Below are positions 28,801 to 43,442 of a DNA stretch of 64,000 nucleotides, one piece after another. The notes under the pieces are model-generated. The model was not told where the DNA came from, ran no database searches, and worked only from the letters and a program-made list of their open reading frames with translations. Position 1 is the first letter of the stretch. Every line of letters begins with the position of its first letter. The position numbers were made by a program, and so were the translations under genes. Source of the DNA: Trichoplax adhaerens. Lineage: Eukaryota; Animalia; Placozoa. The stretch covers positions 4,932,267-4,996,266 of the forward strand of contig NW_002060947.1 in the NCBI RefSeq assembly GCF_000150275.1, read 5' to 3'.

Positions 28801-31800
28801 AGTTCGAACTAGCTGCTAATTTATTTTCAGGCATATACGATATCCTAGAGCGAAGTTTTTATTTTTTTCTAAATGTTAATCTCGACATGAAATATAATCT
28901 ATGTTGGCTTTCTTGTATACCATAATGAGACATAAATACGACAAGAGAAGGTAGTAGACCTTAGTAGATGCTGCGTTGTATGACTTAATTAAACCATATT
29001 GTAAAACGGAAATCAATACGCCAATCCAACAGCACTAAATTATTGCAACTGGACAGTGAAAAAAACTTAAATAAATAAAAGCGATGACGTTTCTAGCGTC
29101 CCTATGAATCAAAATAATACCTCTAGTGGCCATCTTGAGCATCTATATAGTAGTAATTATTCACACTGAATGGTAATTGTTCAATTTTGCTCTACATAAT
29201 ACTGCTGCAGTATAGACAGATAAAATAGTTTGCACACAAGGGCGAGAGGACCTTTATGCTTGTGTAATCAATGCAAACACTTTGGAGCCCAGTCCAACCC
29301 CTAGTGTTATTGTTACAATCCATGCCATACTATGAATATCCTTGTTCATTTTTAACTTAATGTTGAAGCTGAACAATTGGTTGGTATCAAAGAAGTTAAT
29401 TTGTATTTAATAGTTCCACATTAAACTGGCATGCTGTGAGTTTTCAGTCAAGGAAAGAACATTTTCAACTTCATGTGATCGTTGATCATTGCAGAATTCG
29501 AGATAGGCATTGAAGAAGTATTTGGTAGAGCAATTTTGGATAGTTGAAACGCTTGGTTAGCGAATTCTATTAGGGAGAAAGCATTAGAATACAAACATCA
29601 ATTTCTTTTTAACAGTCCGAGCTTGCATCACTCTTAGGTAAGATATTGATAGCTGGCTATTATCGATGACTTTTCCACCATTTTATGTTCTGATATTTAC
29701 ATATTGAGAGTTGGATAGATCCACACTACCTTCGAAAATAATCGACACGATTATTAAAACACGTTAATTTTAAATTATTGATCGCGTGGATGAATCTAGA
29801 TCTTCTGAAGACTAAGCGTAGATAGGGACGTAATTTACACCCTTTAAAATGGTAACGAATTATTAATTGAGCAGCTTTCCAAAAGCTTCAGATTCTTTTA
29901 TCTCGTCCAGCGCGTTATGGCTGGTTTATTTTCAGCTATAGAACGTTAATCATCTTTATTATTTCAATAACGAACTACAAGAGTTGATATTCTACAGCCA
30001 CGTATCGATGTAAGTACTACGCCAATATCAATGACAACTTGACATTAGGCGTATCCTACCCATTAAAAGACGACCTTTCAGACAATTTTCAGTACATGCC
30101 TATTTAACTTGTTACGAAGACCATTATGGCTTCAATAGTCCATATGATTCTCTTTAGTAAGTTAAAAATTAACAATCAATACTAAAGAATAAAAATAAAA
30201 CTTAGTTGTACAGATTTTCCTTCTTACGATTGCCATTACAAATTGATTTGCCATCCCGTAAATCTTTAATCATCTTTAATCGTTTCTTGCCGTTGAAGAT
30301 GCTTTTCATTGTACCCAGCTAGAATTTTAAAATATAGCACAATTAGCGAAAAACAATGTAGTTATACTGATTTCTTGTTGGCAGATCTTCAACTTTTCAT
30401 AATCTCTTCTGAAACTAGCCTCCTTTAACATTGGTTAAGTTACTTCATTTCTCTAGTACACGTACGACAACTGCAGTTTAATACTGAACCTTCAAAACAG
30501 TTCGCTTGACTAATTAAGACCAGTAATAAGTATAACATTACAAACTTTTAATCTATTGCTTCAAATGATTTTTGGTGCTGAAGCAAAGGATATTACAAAT
30601 GAATTAGGATAGAGACTGTAGGAAATCGCTGATCGAACTAGCACAGTGGAATATCTATTATGATATGCTTCGATATTGTCGACATTTTAGAAACTTTTAA
30701 TTTTGGATTACTTTAAAAGCGTTAACGACTAATACATGATAATTACTTTACCTGCCAAAACGAATTTTACTTAGGGAATAGTTCAGGAATGAAGGCATAG
30801 TTTGGTCTTTATAAAGACTACAGATAATTTTCAGTAACTAGAAATGACTACTTTCGGAATGATTACGATTTTATTGATATCCTCGATAGATGCTAATAGA
30901 ATAAGCGGGAAATCCGTTCCGAGTAAAATGCGGAAATTATTGTCTTATCTCTACCGAAGCCATTATTCACATTGATCGTATTAAGGATATCATGGTAGAA
31001 ATAGAGTAGTTGCTGTCTAAGTTGACAGATCATTCTTAAACCAAAAATGCCTACTTTGAAAATGTTTCATTGCCATATTCAAGAAGTGTAGTTGAAGTAA
31101 CCTGTAAAACAGCTACAGTAAATTGTAGAAATACTTTTTCCTATGCCATATTTACTGAAAAAGATGATTATTATCGACAATATTGAGGATGCCATGACAA
31201 AGTTATCGTAATGGTTAACAACAGATTGTCAATTATCAAATAGATGCGGAATATTTCTGCTTGCAATGTTTGCTATGTACCCCCTAATATTGGAATGATT
31301 TCAGGCTAGTAGCAAGTAGTTATCGCTAATTTATTTGAAATATCGATTACTTAGCCCATCGTGCTATTAATTGCAGCAGGAAATCAATACTAAAATAGTC
31401 TTTTGCTATCACGAAAGATAGACACACGGTACATCCAATGTATTAAAACACTAGATTCTGCCCTAAAGTTTAGCTGTCATTGTACCCCATCAACAAACTC
31501 TTTTTCAGATCATTCCCTAGGTCATTATTGGTAAAGTATTGCAACTATTGCAGCTTCTCTAACAATAACATTCATCAACAAAGTAAGGACATGATTGAAA
31601 CAAGGTAGTAACATGGTTGTTAATATACGACAGTACAATAAATGCTTATGCGTTGAACAAAGAAATAACTACTTTGAAATATGGGCTATTACATTGCTTT
31701 CTATATAAAATTCGCGATGTTATAATAAATAAAGTAGATAGTTAACCTATTATAATCATTTTATCTTTGCAATAATGAGTTTCATAATCAAAATAAGAGC

Positions 31801-32180
31801 ATTGTAATTCTCATGCATAGCAGCAATAAATAGAATGCATCGTAAACGTGTGTACTGAGCAAAGAGGTTGCTACAGTAACAAAATAGTCTTAAATCTACT
31901 TTTAATCTACAGTAATAATTCATCATTTTCATCTATGGAATAAGAATTGATATCTAAGAATGTTTTAACCGAAATAGAAAATCAATAGTAATTAATCGGC
32001 AACATATAATAGTAGGTGAATACGCATAGAACTAACATAGACGATATAAAAGGTTGGCCGCAATTTTGCTACTCTCGAAAGAAAGTTGCTTATATTTCAA
32101 TTACGTATATAGGAGAAAAAGAGTACAGCATAATAACATAAATGTTTCCTTTCATCCGCTGAAAGAATGATTTTTCGTCG

Positions 32181-32552
32181 ATGAAATAAGAATATTATGA
32201 TCATAAAAGAGTAACAGTAGTAACTGGCATAGATTTTACAATTATGTAACCAAGAGAAAATTACCCTATCTGAAATATTTGTTACGATTTAACTTGCATT
32301 AATAGTAACCGGTTGTCTCTAGTGCGTAAGCCATGAAGTTGTAGTTGATCCTTTTTGAATCATGTTGTTAATGAAATAAGAATATTGTGACCATCGAAGA
32401 GAACCGTAACAACAGTTAATTGTCATAAATTTTACAATAACGTAACCTACAGGAAATCATCTAATCTGAAATATTTATTGCAGTTATCTTGCATTAAAAA
32501 TCAGTTTTCTCTAGCACTTTAGCAATCGTAGATACTCTATTAATCATGTTGT
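32181..32552. repeat. Older diverged tandem duplication, period about 190 bp
   Basis: Both copies start atgaaataagaatatt (32181, 32371), share attttacaat, atctgaaatattt, cttgcattaa and tctctag, and end aatcatgttgt. Confidence 0.85.
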
Positions 32553-33066
32553 ACAAGTTTTTATTTATATAAGCAAAATCTGATCAATATTTTATTATAT
32601 GGATATATGACAAACATTCTACTAGTATAGTAATAGCAACAATCCAAGTTTTGACGCAGATATCTTTGGATAGGTTTACTATACTAAGTCATTTTCTTGC
32701 TTAAATGCAATACTTTAACTTTTCTACACACCTTTTTCTTGATCACCACAATAGATATCATTGATATAGAATTAAGTTTCCTTTTCGACGAAAATATTTC
32801 AAAGAACAGAGCATTTTCTCCTTATCGCAGAATTAGCTGCCGTCGGTTTGATTAAGGTGATATTTATTAACTGATCGAATTTAGCCCAAAGGTAGTATTC
32901 ACACCGGTTTGGTAATGTATAATTAATTTAATTATTGAAAGTGTTTTATTATATTAATAAGGATAGGGCAAATGAGATAACGAATCTCTGTGAGCGGATA
33001 CCTCTTTCACGATAAATATTCAACATACAGACAGATCTTGTTGCTAGATTGGGTTAGAACTCCAAC

Positions 33067-36000
33067 ATGGCTTCAACAAAATGGGGTTCAGCTTTAAAGA
33101 AAGCAGCAGCTGAATCTCGTGCTCAAGAATTAACATCAGGAATTAATCTAGCAGGACTGGACACTGCTACACCAGAATTATGTTTGAAATTAATTCGCCA
33201 ACCGTCCGTTCAGAACTTTACAGCTCTGAAAAACTTTTTATCGCGATGCCAACAAACATGGATGATTCAATTTCTTGAAATTGAAGGGCTAAATGTTATC
33301 TTGGAAGTCCTAGAAATACTGTGTGATCGCGGTATCTCTAGTGTAATCGATGCATTTATTCAACTCGAATGTGTTAACTGTGTCAAAGCCATTATGAATT
33401 CGTCCGCTGGCATAAATTACATCATCAACCATCGAGAATCATCACGAATGTTAGTCAAAGGTAATGTTGCTAGTAGTTTTCTTTATCAATTTTTTTCATT
33501 AGTTTCTTTTATTGGTAGAAGTAGAATGCAGTAACCTATCGTACTGTATACTTCCACAAGGCATACTCTATAATTCTAAGTTTATAACACACAATCGTTG
33601 CAAACCGAAGTTTGTGTGACTGTAAAATCACAAGTTTTCGACAGGAAATGCTTTTTCTAGTAAATTATCTACTGTACGGTTTACTAACTCTGCCAATCTC
33701 CTTTCGTGAAAAGTTACAATTAACTTGCAGATAGGAGGTTATGATTATGCTGATATTATTTTTAACCCTATCTATTCCTCGAACTGATTTACTTTATTGT
33801 TACTAGCGTACTAGGATAAACATCAAATTCACTACAGTTATAGCTAGCGCTGCAAATATTTCAATATATATTAGAACTTGCACACAAGAACGGGTTAATT
33901 TTATAGTAGCTCTTTTGGTAGTCAACTAGTGAAATGATTATCCTTTTCTGTTGTTTATATTATACCAATAAAGGTATAGAATGTAGAAATGTAAGGAAAT
34001 ATGTCTATACGATACGCATATGTGTATCTATAGCTAATTAACTGCATTAAATCAATCTTATCTATTTTATACGTACGCAGCATTTGATTCCGGAAGTGTT
34101 ATGGTCAAAAAGCAAGTAGTCGAGTTGCTTTCTGCTGTTTCAGTTTATTCAGATGAGGGTTATGATATGGTATTGGACAGCTTGCAAACTTTTAAGGTAG
34201 GAAGAAGGTTCCTACTATAGTATGGCACGTAAAATACCCTCATTATTTCTTAATAATTAATAGGAGCAAATGTCTATTTAGTGAATATTGTAGTTACCAT
34301 CTCAACTTCAAGTGATTCTAATTATCTTATACATATTTGGCTTACTGTAGGAAGAATACCAAGAAAAATCTCGGTTTAGCGCTATTGTTGATGAACTGAG
34401 AGAAGCAGAAGTAATTTCGTATCAAGTAGCTGTACTGGCATTAATAAATTGCTTAATTATAGCAGCAGCCGATTTTGATCAAAGGATTATGATCAGAAAT
34501 GAATTCATTAGTTAGTCTTTGAAATCGTAGCAAATTTAAAGAATATTAAATAAGAATAAGTTTTTGCCAATTAACCATTAAACAAATATATGATGATATT
34601 TATTAATATGAATGCAGCAACTTTGAGTTAGATTTAAGCATTTTTTCAGTATCCAAATATTCTATTTTAATAGGTCTAGGACTATTGGATGTATTAACTA
34701 AGTTAAGGTAAATTCTATAATACTTAAAATAGATTCTGAATTACATATCTTGAAATTGTGGTAAATCGTAAGGTAGAAACTGATTTCAGAAGAATTGTAA
34801 TTACCAAAAAAGTAATGAATTGAGATAATAACGAAAACTTTGTCATTTTGTCATGTCGAATGTATTATTTTAACCGGTATTCAATATCTATATTACCTAG
34901 TTAAGAAGATCATTTTCAAATCTACTTGCTATAATTATTTTAATATTTAGAGATTCTGATGACAATGATCTTCGAACTCAATTGGATGTCTATGATAATC
35001 GATATACAAATGACGAAGAAGAATTGTTAAACAGAGTGGATGTCGAAACTTCAACGTGCAATCATATGAGCTTGTTTAATGCCCTATATGGAAAGGTATA
35101 AGTACTCCAATTATAAATACTTATTTAGCAATATAAATCGGATTACTCAAAGTATTTTTAGCGTACGATACTTCCTACAAAGTTCGCTTAAATCAATTAA
35201 ATCAAGGGTGTATATTAACGCAATTATGCTGTTTGCAATATTTTTACTACACTATCGCAATGCTTATTTCTCTGATTATTTTTACAGGTGCATGATAAAG
35301 CTAATCTCCTTCATTTACTCAAGAGTATTACATATCATCTCTATTCCATTCCAACCGATTCGGAGCATTCAGAAGATATCTGGCAAATTTTAGACTCGTT
35401 GATATTTGATGTGGTGAACAGCGATACTATCAAGAGCATCACAAGTATGAAGCAAAAAAATGCTGAAAAATTTCGAATTAGCATGGAGAAAGTGACTAGA
35501 ACTACAGCTAATCAAGGAGTACAGACTGAACATAAAGATGAAGTTGATTCCGCCATAGCTGTCAACGTTGCTTCAAGAGTTACAGCGGCCCCTCCACCGC
35601 CACCACCACCACCACCACCACCTCCTCCACCCGGTCCAAGTGGAAGTGCACCACCGGCTCCACCACCACCACCACCACCACCACCTCCACCACCTCCTGG
35701 AGGAATTCTACCACCACCACCACCGCCACCACCACCTGGACCTGGAGGAATTCCTCCACCACCACCACCTGGACCTGGAGGAATTCCTCCACCACCACCA
35801 CCACCACCACCTGGACCTGGAGGAATTCCTCCACCACCGCCACCACCTCCTGGACTTGGAGGAATTCCTCCACCACCGCCACCACCTCCTGGACCTGGAG
35901 GAATTCCTCCACCACCGCCACCACCTGGACCTGGAGGAATCCCACCGCCGCCACCGCCACCTGGACCTGGAGGAGTTCCACCACCGCCACCACCTATGGG

Positions 36001-39000
36001 AGCTGGCGGTATTCGACCACCACCTCCTCCATTTGGAGGGCCTCTTCCACCACCAACACTAGTAGCTGGCTACGGGCAAGCACCGCCTAGACAACGAAAG
36101 CCATCTAAGAAAATGAAAACGTTAAACTGGAGCAAGTTAACAGAACGCCAAGTCAAAAGCGAAAACTTTTGGAGTAAAATCAGCACTAAAGAACCTGCCG
36201 AAGAGGAAATTGATTACGCTACCATTGAAGATTTATTTTGCAAGAAAGAAATAAAGAAAGCGCAATCGAGTGAAAAGAAAAAGAAAGAGCCAACTGAGGT
36301 GGGGCTTGAATAAATTACTATTATAAGCAATATTGGAATATCGACAACTATACATGTATGTGTCAAGTGCTCATGAAATTTTAATTTGCCATTATCTAGA
36401 TTACCTTACTGGATGGAAAGCGTTCCTTAAATGTCAACGTATTTCTTAAACAGTTTAGGAAGTAAGTAATACCAATTATTACTATTTGGGCTAATTATAT
36501 TATGTTATTAATTAATGGATATTGAATGATAATAATGATTATTCAATTCCACGAATTAATTATCACTAATACCCTCTGTTTGAATGTTTCTCGAAAACTT
36601 TTAAGTATGACAAGCGAAGAATTGATTGAATGTTTAAAACAAGGAGATAAAGATAAATTTGGAGTGGAGAAACTTAAATTGATGATGAAATTATTACCAA
36701 CGACGGATGAGGTTTGATATCATCACCTTGATCTTCAGTCTAAATAATCTATTTTAAGTGCCCATTTATCAATTTAGCGATGTTATGGTTATTATCTTGT
36801 TGGAAAATAATCTAATAGATATATCTCGATCAGTACTTTAAACTATTCAAACACTAGCAAGACAGTTTAGCAGTCCTTTACTCAGTATTGTTCTAGAATA
36901 TTTATACAACTGTTAATATTAGCACTGTGTCATAATCTTATATGATTTTGTGGATAAAATTCATTATCGTTTCTAATTCAGATTAAGGAATTAAAAGCCT
37001 TTAAAGGAGACACTACAAAACTGGGCCCAGCTGAAAAATTTCTTTTAATGCTGTTGGGGCTACCAGGGTAAAGATTAAAGTCGTTTTAGAATCATTCCGT
37101 TAGAAACTTTCTTCAACCTTTCGAAATTTGCTTGAAGCCTTGAAATATTCTATAGTAATTAAATAAAATTGACTTAATTGTGATACTTACCTCCTTAATA
37201 TAGCTATAAACTACGTATTGAAGGATTAATCTTAAAGGATGAATTTTCTACCTCATTGGAATATCTTAACGTCAGTTTACAGACCATTTTAAATGCTTTG
37301 GATGGTAAGTGTAGTACTACTATAGGCAATTTTAGCAATCAGCATATGCTTTAAAAAGCGAAAATTTCGTATTTAAATAAGATTCATTGACATTGCAACT
37401 TAAGTAGTCATCACTTACAGTTAAATATCCCAAGAGAGACGCCAGTTTCTGCCTCTTTGTCATTTCTGGCCTCTGTAATTCTCAATAGATATAGGGATAC
37501 TGCAAAGTAAATGCAACGTTGATACTAGCAAATGTTGAGAAAGAATCATAATTTATAGCCTATTTATTAGAAAAAGTAGTTCTCTAAATGATTATGAATA
37601 TGCAAAGTTCATATATCGCCGATCCGGTTGTAATGAATAGGCTAACCATTGATCTTGTATAGCAAATGTGTTTAATACATCCTGAAATTACTTTCGGAAA
37701 AGTTGATAGAAAAGTAAAAGGTTTATATAGCTGTGATATACTGCGTGTAATGACATATTATTTAAACGTGTACCGAACGATATACCTACATATATAAATG
37801 TGATTTTATGATGATAAATTCGTGTCTAAATATAAATTTGCAGCGATATTACGCAATAAAGCAATGGAGAATGTTTTGGAGATTATATTAAAAACCGGCA
37901 ATTTCATAAATGCGGTAATAGTATTTGCTTTAAATGTTTACAGTAGATATTGACTATTTTAGCAAAGCTAAAAATAAATTTCATTCAATAGGGTAGCTTT
38001 GCTGGGAATGCTCATGGTTTCAAGATAGGAACATTACTTAAATTAGGAGATACACGCGCTAATGTCCCTCGTATGACATTTATGCATTTTCTTGTTCAGG
38101 TATGCATTATTTTTAATCGGCAAGGTCTATAGCTACTACCTTAACCATATTAAACACTTAAATAAAAGTAAAAAGTATACGGCCATGAAATAATTTTCTT
38201 TATGGTTATTGAAATTTCAAGTAATACTTTTTTACACGAATGAGCCACTTTTATTTTAAGATGGTAGAGGACCGCCCAGAATGCAAAGGTTTTGTAGAGA
38301 GCTTAGCTCCTGTAGAAAAGGCTGTTAGGTACGATTACCGAATAAATTGAAAGATTTACCATGTTTCTTCTAAGAGCTACAATAAATAAAGTAAATTATT
38401 GTTCATTGAATTTCGTTTGATTCAGGGTCATCATGGATGCTTTAATTGGAGAATTTAGGGAGATATCTACGAAAGTAAAGAAACTCGATCAACAAATTGA
38501 AAATTCATCTGAAGACGTCAAAGAACAATTTGAAAAGTTTATCCAAGTAAGATTGACAGACTTGTAATATTACTACATAATGTGAATGTTGATGGTTGGT
38601 TAAAATTTGCATGTAGACTAACGGCTAAGCTTGTTTCTACGGTGGCAGTTAATCGTCTTACTGTCTTCTTTCGTGAGAGGAATAGATTTTTTCGAAGTCA
38701 ATAAGATTATTTTTACTAATATAAAATTTTCAATAATAGGAATGTCAGCTTGAATTAAAATCCGTTGAAGATACGATCGAAAATGTTAATTCCTTGAAGA
38801 GCCAGTGTGCCAAATTTTATTGTGAAGATGAGAAATCATTTAAATTAGAGGAGATTTTTTCGATCTTTCATAGATTTGCCTCCAATTTCAAAAAATGTGT
38901 CGATGTAAGTAAAACCTAGTAAAGTGACAACAACAGAGTGCATCAGGCTAAAATCTGAATCATTATATTCAATAGCATCTTAATTAGTTTAACCAACTCT

Positions 39001-41323
39001 TCTTATTTGTTTGTTTCTTGCTTTACTTTCAACTTTGAAATGCTTTTTCCGTACTAATCTCGAGGATACGAGTACTACTTTTAAATTTCACTCGTAATAT
39101 AACTCTAAAATTAGTATCTACGCACTTGATATTTCATAGGAGAACCAACAGCGTATAAAATTAGAAAATAAAAAAGCTGAACAAGCTAAGCGCCAAAAGA
39201 AAATGAGCGTGCCGGCTTTTTCATTAGGAAACGGTATTGGCACGAAAAGGAGTTTAAGTGTAAGCGAGCATAGCAAACCGAAAGATGAAGGCTGTATAGT
39301 AGACAATCTCCTAAGCGAGATCAGACAAGGATTTGAGCTAAAGCCTCGTAGAAGTCGACGTAAATCATATCAAGAGAGTTCTGGTGATGAAAAGCAAAAA
39401 TCTATTGCTGAGATTGAGAAGAAAGTGTTAGGGGGTGATAATGATGCTGGAGAAATCGCTATACAGGAATGTGAAATAAAGCCAGAGAATACAATTGAGT
39501 TATTATCGCGTCCTAGTCCGACTAAATCTTCAAAATCTGCCGATACTGACCAATCTGGAATTAAAATTTCAATTCCAAACGGTAGCAAAGTAAACTGTGT
39601 GCAGGGTCTGAAACTAGAATCAGCCATTGCAGAGAGTAAGTTGGAAGAAGTTATAGCAAAGACTAGTGACAATTCAGGAATACCGGAGAAAGCTGGTGAA
39701 ATAAAGAAGATAAACACAGCTGCATCTACCAAAAATTCTCATGATGATGAAAGCAATTTAATTAACGACGACGATAACAAGTTAGTTAAGAAAAAATCTG
39801 AGAATTCATCCGACTCAACCAAGGACTTGAACTCGTCTCTAGATACTAATGAGGCAAAGAAGCCAGTTAGCATTCAGAGCGATTCCACTCGGCCAATAAA
39901 ACAGGAACCCTCGATAGTGACTGAAGTTATCGTTCCTAAGGAAATTTCTGTAATGGCGACAGGCACTGAAATGACAGAAGCAAAAATTTCGATGCCTACG
40001 GAAATAATACACGAAGAACAACCCGATATGCAAGCAAGTCAGACGGCCATATTACACGAAAATCAGGGTAGAAATATTGATGAACATCTCCAGGCAAACA
40101 AGCTAAGCCGTCAAGCCACGTATACGAAAGGAAAAGTCAAGAAGATGCCAACAAGAGTAGAGGCCGTTACAGTTGGAACGAATAAGGTCCAAGTTGCAAA
40201 GGCATCAGAAATGATTTATTCAGCTGAGGTAGTTGAAGATGTTCCAGTGGTTGTGGAAAGCAAAGCCATTGAACCTGATGAATTGCAAGTGGAAATTGTT
40301 GATAACCGACAACAGGTAACAATATCATCCGAAATATCAACTAATTCATTAGAGGACACTGAGGAAAATCAGATACCAGAGACTGCTCAACAAGAAGCAA
40401 ATAATGAAGCGGCAACGGAAATTCCTGCCCATCTGAATTTGTCAACACCAATTCCAGCACAGCAACAGTGTGTAGTTAATGATAGCAATGAAAGAACAGG
40501 TTTGAAATCAACCTCAAGTGAGAAATCCGATCCAGTAGGCTCTCCACCTCCGAATATGGAAGTAAGCAGTCGAACTACTGATACTGCTGGCCAGAAAGAT
40601 ATCTTAATTCGTAATGAGACTAATGCAAATAAATCGCAATCTAAGTCCGATTCGGCTTCGAAATCTAAGTCTTCAGCGAAGAAAAAGAGTTTAAAAACGT
40701 CCGATAAAAAATCTGGCTCGACGAAAAAGAATAAAAGTAAAAGTGAAAAGCCTGACGAGAATACTAATAAGAATAAAAGTAAAAGCGAAAAGCCTAATGA
40801 GAACATTAATAAGAATAAAAGTAAAAGCGAAAAGCCGGACGAGAATGTTAATAAGAATAAAAGTAAAAGTGAAAAGCCAGAAGAGAATATTAACAAGAAT
40901 AAAAGTAAAAGTGATAAGCCTGAAGAGAATACAAACAAGGCAGGAAAGAAAGCAGGTACAAAAGTGTCTAGAAGTACGCTTATCGTTAACACCGATTATT
41001 CCAGGTCAAAAAGTGAATCTAAACCCCAAACTGATAATAAAGAAACTAAAGAAGCGAAACCAACACCGCCTAAGGATACTCTAAAAGTTAATCAACCCTC
41101 TACCAGAACAGACGAAAAACTGCCAGAATTGAAACAACACAGTTCAAGTGAAGAGGCATCTGCAATGGTATCAGATAATGAAGTAGAAATGCGTCAAGAA
41201 GGTGAAAAGAAGCTAACATCTAAGAGGAAAAAGAAAACGAAAATGTCCTTTAAAACTTTCGGCCGCTTATTTAATATTCAACGTCGTCCTAAGCACGATA
41301 ATGATGATGATTCACGTTTATAA
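33067..41323 (+). CDS. INF2: Inverted formin-2-like protein, paralog A (DID/FH3, FH1, FH2, WH2/DAD, long disordered tail); 16 coding exons
   Basis: N-terminus PELCLKLIRQPSVQNF...WMIQFLEIEGL...[18 protein letters not shown] and VMVKKQVVELLSA match the INF2 DID. Polyproline FH1 at about 35590-36055. FH2 motifs KMKTLNWSKL, LDGKRSLNVNVFLKQF, GNFINAGSFAGNAHGFKIGTLLKL, FYCEDE. WH2/DAD CIVDNLLSEIRQGFELK. The terminal exon is 39140-41323. Confidence 0.92.
40727..40936 (+). repeat. 42-bp coding tandem repeat, 5 copies (KNKSKSEKPDENTN-like) in the formin A tail
   Basis: Units start at 40727, 40769, 40811, 40853 and 40895 (aagaataaaagtaaaag...). Confidence 0.95.
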
Positions 41324-43442
41324 TTATAATAAGGACAAAAATGATAGTTAGTAGTTTTTAAATATGAAATCTTTTAAAAGCAGATCTAAGCATTAACATT
41401 TGTTTTAAATTGGCTTGATAACTATTTCAAAGTATTATCATCAAGTCATCTCTAGAGGGAGTACGGCAGTTGAAAGCCACTTAGACTAAGCCAGAACGTT
41501 TTATTTAAACATATTAGCCTTTAGTACACATTTTTTCAGCTGTAAGTAAATTAAAAATTTTCTAGACTTCATAATGAAAATATCCTGAAGATCCGCGTAA
41601 AGATCCGTCTTTCTTAATTAAAACCAATATTGAAACAATATGAGATACATGTAACAAGCAAGAAATATTTTACCTTGACCAAGTCTTTCATATTTTATAT
41701 CATGCAATAGCTAAAGTTATCTGTTTTATCTGGAAATGCAGCATTTTTTATGCTTGTAATTATGAATTCTGTGCTTAAATTAGTCCTAAGTAATTAAAAC
41801 TGGTGACTAATTGAATTATTGACATAAGAAATAATACAAATGGCAGATGAAGATGATTTTTTTGTAACATCCTTTTAAAATTATAGCGCTATGGGTTATG
41901 CAATCTCTGATTTATACCTTATAGTATCGTAATTAGTCGCGTGTTAAGCTTAGGTTTGACTTTTTTCTTGAAAAAGTAAATAAGTTTTCTTTCAAAGTGC
42001 AAGAGTATTAGCCAAATTGGTTACTAATTTCTGGTAATATGTCAGAAGTTACCTGTAGAAAATAATTATTAACAGCTCATGCATTCTCTGTTACATGGAA
42101 GTGAATATAGAGATATAATGTTCGCCAAAACATAATACAAAATGTATACATTACCCTATTTTGCCAATCTTGGAAAGACTAAAGGCTTTTAAATAATGTT
42201 GATCGGCTACCGACCTGTATCCATTGAAATTTGGTAGCGGATGTAAAATTAGAACTGTTATTGCATCAATTAGACATGATTATTTGATTTTGGCCTTGAA
42301 AATATTATTATTAAATTTTTTTTAAACTCAACTGGAACCAATGATGTACATATTCATTTAATTACCCCGGCAGAGTATACTGAGAAGCTGAAATAGTTAA
42401 TTATTTAATATCCTGATTGCTATTACAGCAAGAATGAAAGAGCTATAACTATCCTGAATTTAAACTGAATTACAGTAGATAGCTATATTGAAGCTAAACG
42501 ATTCTAACTATTAGCTATTGACTGAATGATCTATTTACTATCTGTTAAATAATTTGAAGTGACTCAATTTTGATGTGCGATGGATATTCGTAGAATATTT
42601 CAATTACCACCGCACGATAATAGAACCTTGCTAGACCATATTAGCAGTACGTACAAATAATCGAGATTTCCTTTTGCATCTATCTATAAAGCTGATCGTT
42701 GCATAATCAAGTGTAGAAATAAGTTATAACAAATAAAGGTCATGTGGGCAATTGAATAATAATTGTCAGGCAAATTTGGAGACAATTCCCATCTGTTACT
42801 GTTTGGTAAGAATAAATGGTAATCGTTCCTCCAGACACTGCGTTTACTCTAACATAACCTACATTGGCTATTTATTTCCATCAGCAAGATGGTTTACTAA
42901 GCCACGTGATTAGAGCGTAGATTAAAAATATTAGTTTTATTGGGAAGGGATTAACCCAAAAAGAAATTTTTGTTGTCATGAATGATATTGGTTATAAAAT
43001 GGAATCATATGTTGCATTGGTACATATTGCATATATTACAGAAATGGAATAGTGTTTTCTATCGAAATTTGAGAATCCAACCATAGTATCAATAACTCAC
43101 TATGAATATTTAGGAGAAGTATATTTCTATTCTAAGTTATGATATCAAAAACCTGTTGATATTTAATTTCTTTCTTGATTTGTTTTTGGTTTCTACTATT
43201 CGTCGCAAGTAACGTGATTGGATACTTAGAGGCTGCATTACTATTTAATGATCTATCATTAATAGGTAGTTTTTCACATTGAGTTAAACTACGATTTTTA
43301 TTTATTTTTGGAGATATACAGAACGTGATTTACAGCCGTTCTGTCTCAACGGAATGAAAATGAGTAGTCAATAAGGACGGAAATTTAAAAAAATGTGACA
43401 GATTTAACATTAGAAGATATTATATATTGACAAAGGTTAACA

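Noticed and set aside
35568-36062. Poly-His ORF (+) and poly-Val ORF (-, 35580-35993)
   Set aside because: Alternative-frame shadows of the CCA-rich polyproline FH1 exon.
40387-41084. Hydrophobic repeat ORF (-, 201 aa) and a 113-aa + ORF
   Set aside because: Antisense and off-frame shadows of the Lys/Glu-rich 42-bp repeat in formin A.
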